64,000 nucleotides of DNA. Source: Tubiluchus corallicola (Eukaryota > Animalia > Priapulida). Positions 63,301 to 64,000 of the stretch are shown piece after piece. The notes beneath the pieces were generated by a model. The model made no database searches, was not told the origin of the DNA, and was given only the letters and a program-made list of their open reading frames with translations. The number at the start of each line of letters is the position of its first letter. Position 1 is the stretch's first letter. A program made the position numbers and the translations under genes. The stretch covers positions 124,001-188,000 of the forward strand of contig JAQGDQ010000316.1 in the NCBI GenBank assembly GCA_030141605.1, written 5' to 3'.

Positions 63301-64000
63301 TAATTTCGGTAAATTTGAGTTTACTGTTATGCCTTTTGGGTTAATGAATGCTGCAGCCTCGGCTCAGTCTCTTATTGACCGCATATTAGATCCGGTTTCA
63401 TATTGTTCTAGTGGGTATATTGATGATGTTATCATTAAATCTCCAAACTGGACTGATCATTTAAAGCATGTTGATTACACACTTTACAACATTCGCAAGG
63501 CTGGAGTGACAGTTAAACCTAAAAAATGTCATTTTGCACAACAGGAAGTCGAATTCCTGGGATATGTAGTGGGGAAAAATAGACTTAAACCACAATTATC
63601 CAAAGTGGAACGGATACGTCAATTTTTGCGCCCACAGACAAAAACGCAGGTGCGCAGGTTTTTGGGTATGGTCAGTTTTTATAGGCGTTTTATCCCCCAT
63701 TTTAGTAGCATCGCGGCGCCTCTCCATGCTCTTACTGAAAAGTATGCCCCGGTCCAAGTTGAGTGGACTGAGGCCACTGAAAGTAGCTTTCGTCAGCTTC
63801 AAGATGCATTATCTTCCGAGTCCGTACTCCATTCACCAGACTTTACTAAGCCCTTTTACCTAACCACTGATGCTAGCTTTATCGGTTTAGGGGCTGTTCT
63901 GTCTCAAGATAAGGGAGACGGGTTAGCTGAAGTGCCAATAACATATATTAGTCGCAAGTTGACTCAGCCAGAGACTAGGTACTCTGTGGTGGAGCTTGAA
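57400..64000 (+). mobile_element. Gmr1-clade Ty3/gypsy LTR retrotransposon (5' LTR start uncertain, 3' part outside window)
   Basis: The LTR ends ..CGTCACA at 58660, followed by a tRNA-Leu-type PBS TGGTGTCAGAAGT at 58663-58675 and then a long gag-pol ORF. Confidence 0.9.
59333..64000 (+). CDS. Gag-Pol polyprotein, order gag(SCAN-like CA, CCHC)-PR-IN-RT-RNase H, open to window end (>=1556 codons)
   Basis: All motifs lie in one frame: DAYRKRFR..MEQFMDNLTSDVRTWL (SCAN-like), CYKCGKPGHRRPEC (60614), RDSGA (60887), integrase HHCC (~61598-61720), GMDIIGP/TDRG/VERYN (DDE), GPY (~62515), RT LDLSKAYWQ/MPFGL/YIDD (63416), RNase H TDAS (~63865) and SRKL..RYSVVELE. It is absent from the ORF track because it has no stop in the window. 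Confidence 0.93.
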   Translation, partial: MAEATIYNKTRLNKMKKDELSRVASTLHLLVDVTHVSKQELIEHIIKAQQHILKMQQVPLQGKTFINSDKTDTLHDTSIRSPGSVAERIIESSKIGQASTPLQSVKPKDPFSTTWLEISQSGKGVGIEEDALKPAQNVIPTSSGWGNDKQCGISGFSLENLQGMNPDLVRDILQHEKEQGERAERMRKEEMEFELRKLELLNRSAALTNTSVVPTNPFNRMKVRGFRESSDDIQRYLNWFESCATSNDIPEANWSALLGPALSGRAADAYQQIPKEHIKDYSYVRKSLLAAYILTTDAYRKRFRALTKGHNETCHQYWLKVVRALTDFCEAINAVDSYSKLFEAMAMEQFMDNLTSDVRTWLKRHEFENGLEMAMEADKFISSKETDSRNHSFTPWKTGKFSQKQPYNNNTLVNVSDNKLDDKQKIVCYKCGKPGHRRPECQASQRNNHQNNNGQNATNIVNKANKTSRNKTPVKTLFGSCDHESTYTSSNKLQDIPVNNIPFMFEALVNDIPVLGQRDSGATVSMIHPRFVDKDQYLKSDPKPVRCVHGHVEPCRTAEIKVVGPNFAGWLTVSVMSDLPAELLLGNDYLSTLRPFTPNDESNLHEGPAGNNTQISDNEQSKLSSDPQISDSFAVTRTKAAELQAKAVRDQELHKQLEHSTYSTQEHSNLEQFKQEQAQLITVSFEQLKQEQHNDPSLANYIDHATTFEIAEQNGKGYFLKDGMLYYLCKHTKAGKPRELLVLPKSRRRQVLEIAHDNKMAGHLGIRKTADRILMEYIWPKIKHAVRGYCRSCPSCQKNGRLQRGDRLPLRPLPIPKQPFFRIGMDIIGPLSRTPDGNKYALVIVDHATRYPDCYPIPNIETTTILNKLVEFCCRYGIPKEILTDRGTQFTSKLTQQLEEQLGVKGIYTSAYAPSTNGLVERYNSTLKASIRKLIQDHPHLPWDLAIPFVLFAYREVPQESTHYSPNELVFGYPLRGPLAMLKERWGCEKLPELEDVDDYVSRIINTLDETLEDAHNSLRRAKLAQKSWFDRVSKQRSFNIGDKVLVQRMKKGSKMATTWRGPYPIVDKLSECTYRVKLGKPGSRRSLSTFHANRLKAYIDREEELVLMALHNEDRDDASINWQEVEETCNKIGSGKTEACDLPEYAFFPTAVATQSVEDVELPDYLSEEAKEQMRNIFHSYPQMFTDLPGRTKLVQHYINLHDKTPVQQHSYRVPQARLDIIRKEIKDMLDLGVIRRSDSEYSSPMLVVPKPPMDGVSQWRPCVDYRALNKRTIFSPYPTPRPDDMIDDLHGAKWISTLDLSKAYWQIELAPESQPVSAFVTNFGKFEFTVMPFGLMNAAASAQSLIDRILDPVSYCSSGYIDDVIIKSPNWTDHLKHVDYTLYNIRKAGVTVKPKKCHFAQQEVEFLGYVVGKNRLKPQLSKVERIRQFLRPQTKTQVRRFLGMVSFYRRFIPHFSSIAAPLHALTEKYAPVQVEWTEATESSFRQLQDALSSESVLHSPDFTKPFYLTTDASFIGLGAVLSQDKGDGLAEVPITYISRKLTQPETRYSVVELE

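Overview
AT-rich, intron-rich animal genomic DNA, probably arthropod (inferred from a fasciclin-3-type Ig protein and a TCAGT initiator). The left half carries a tandem cluster of three minus-strand S1A serine protease genes with identical intron positions and phases. Two are recent paralogues with Gly189 and an unusual GS|IING activation site (4893..<1, truncated by the window edge; 12198..7569), and one is a true trypsin (29845..18162). A plus-strand 10-exon gene (37838..49754) encodes a ~653-aa type I membrane protein with five Ig domains, resembling fasciclin-3. The window ends inside an apparently intact Gmr1-clade Ty3/gypsy element with a single gag-PR-IN-RT-RH ORF (59333..>64000). Between the genes lie solo LTRs, RTE and CR1-type LINE fragments, MITEs, an orphan SLC16 exon and many minisatellites. 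The most unusual signals are an LTR fused to an almost full-length antisense tRNA-His-CCA (24741..25192) and a twister-ribozyme core at the 5' end of a short RTE-derived element (14401..14455). All gene models were assembled by hand from splice signals and reading phase; no database searches were run.
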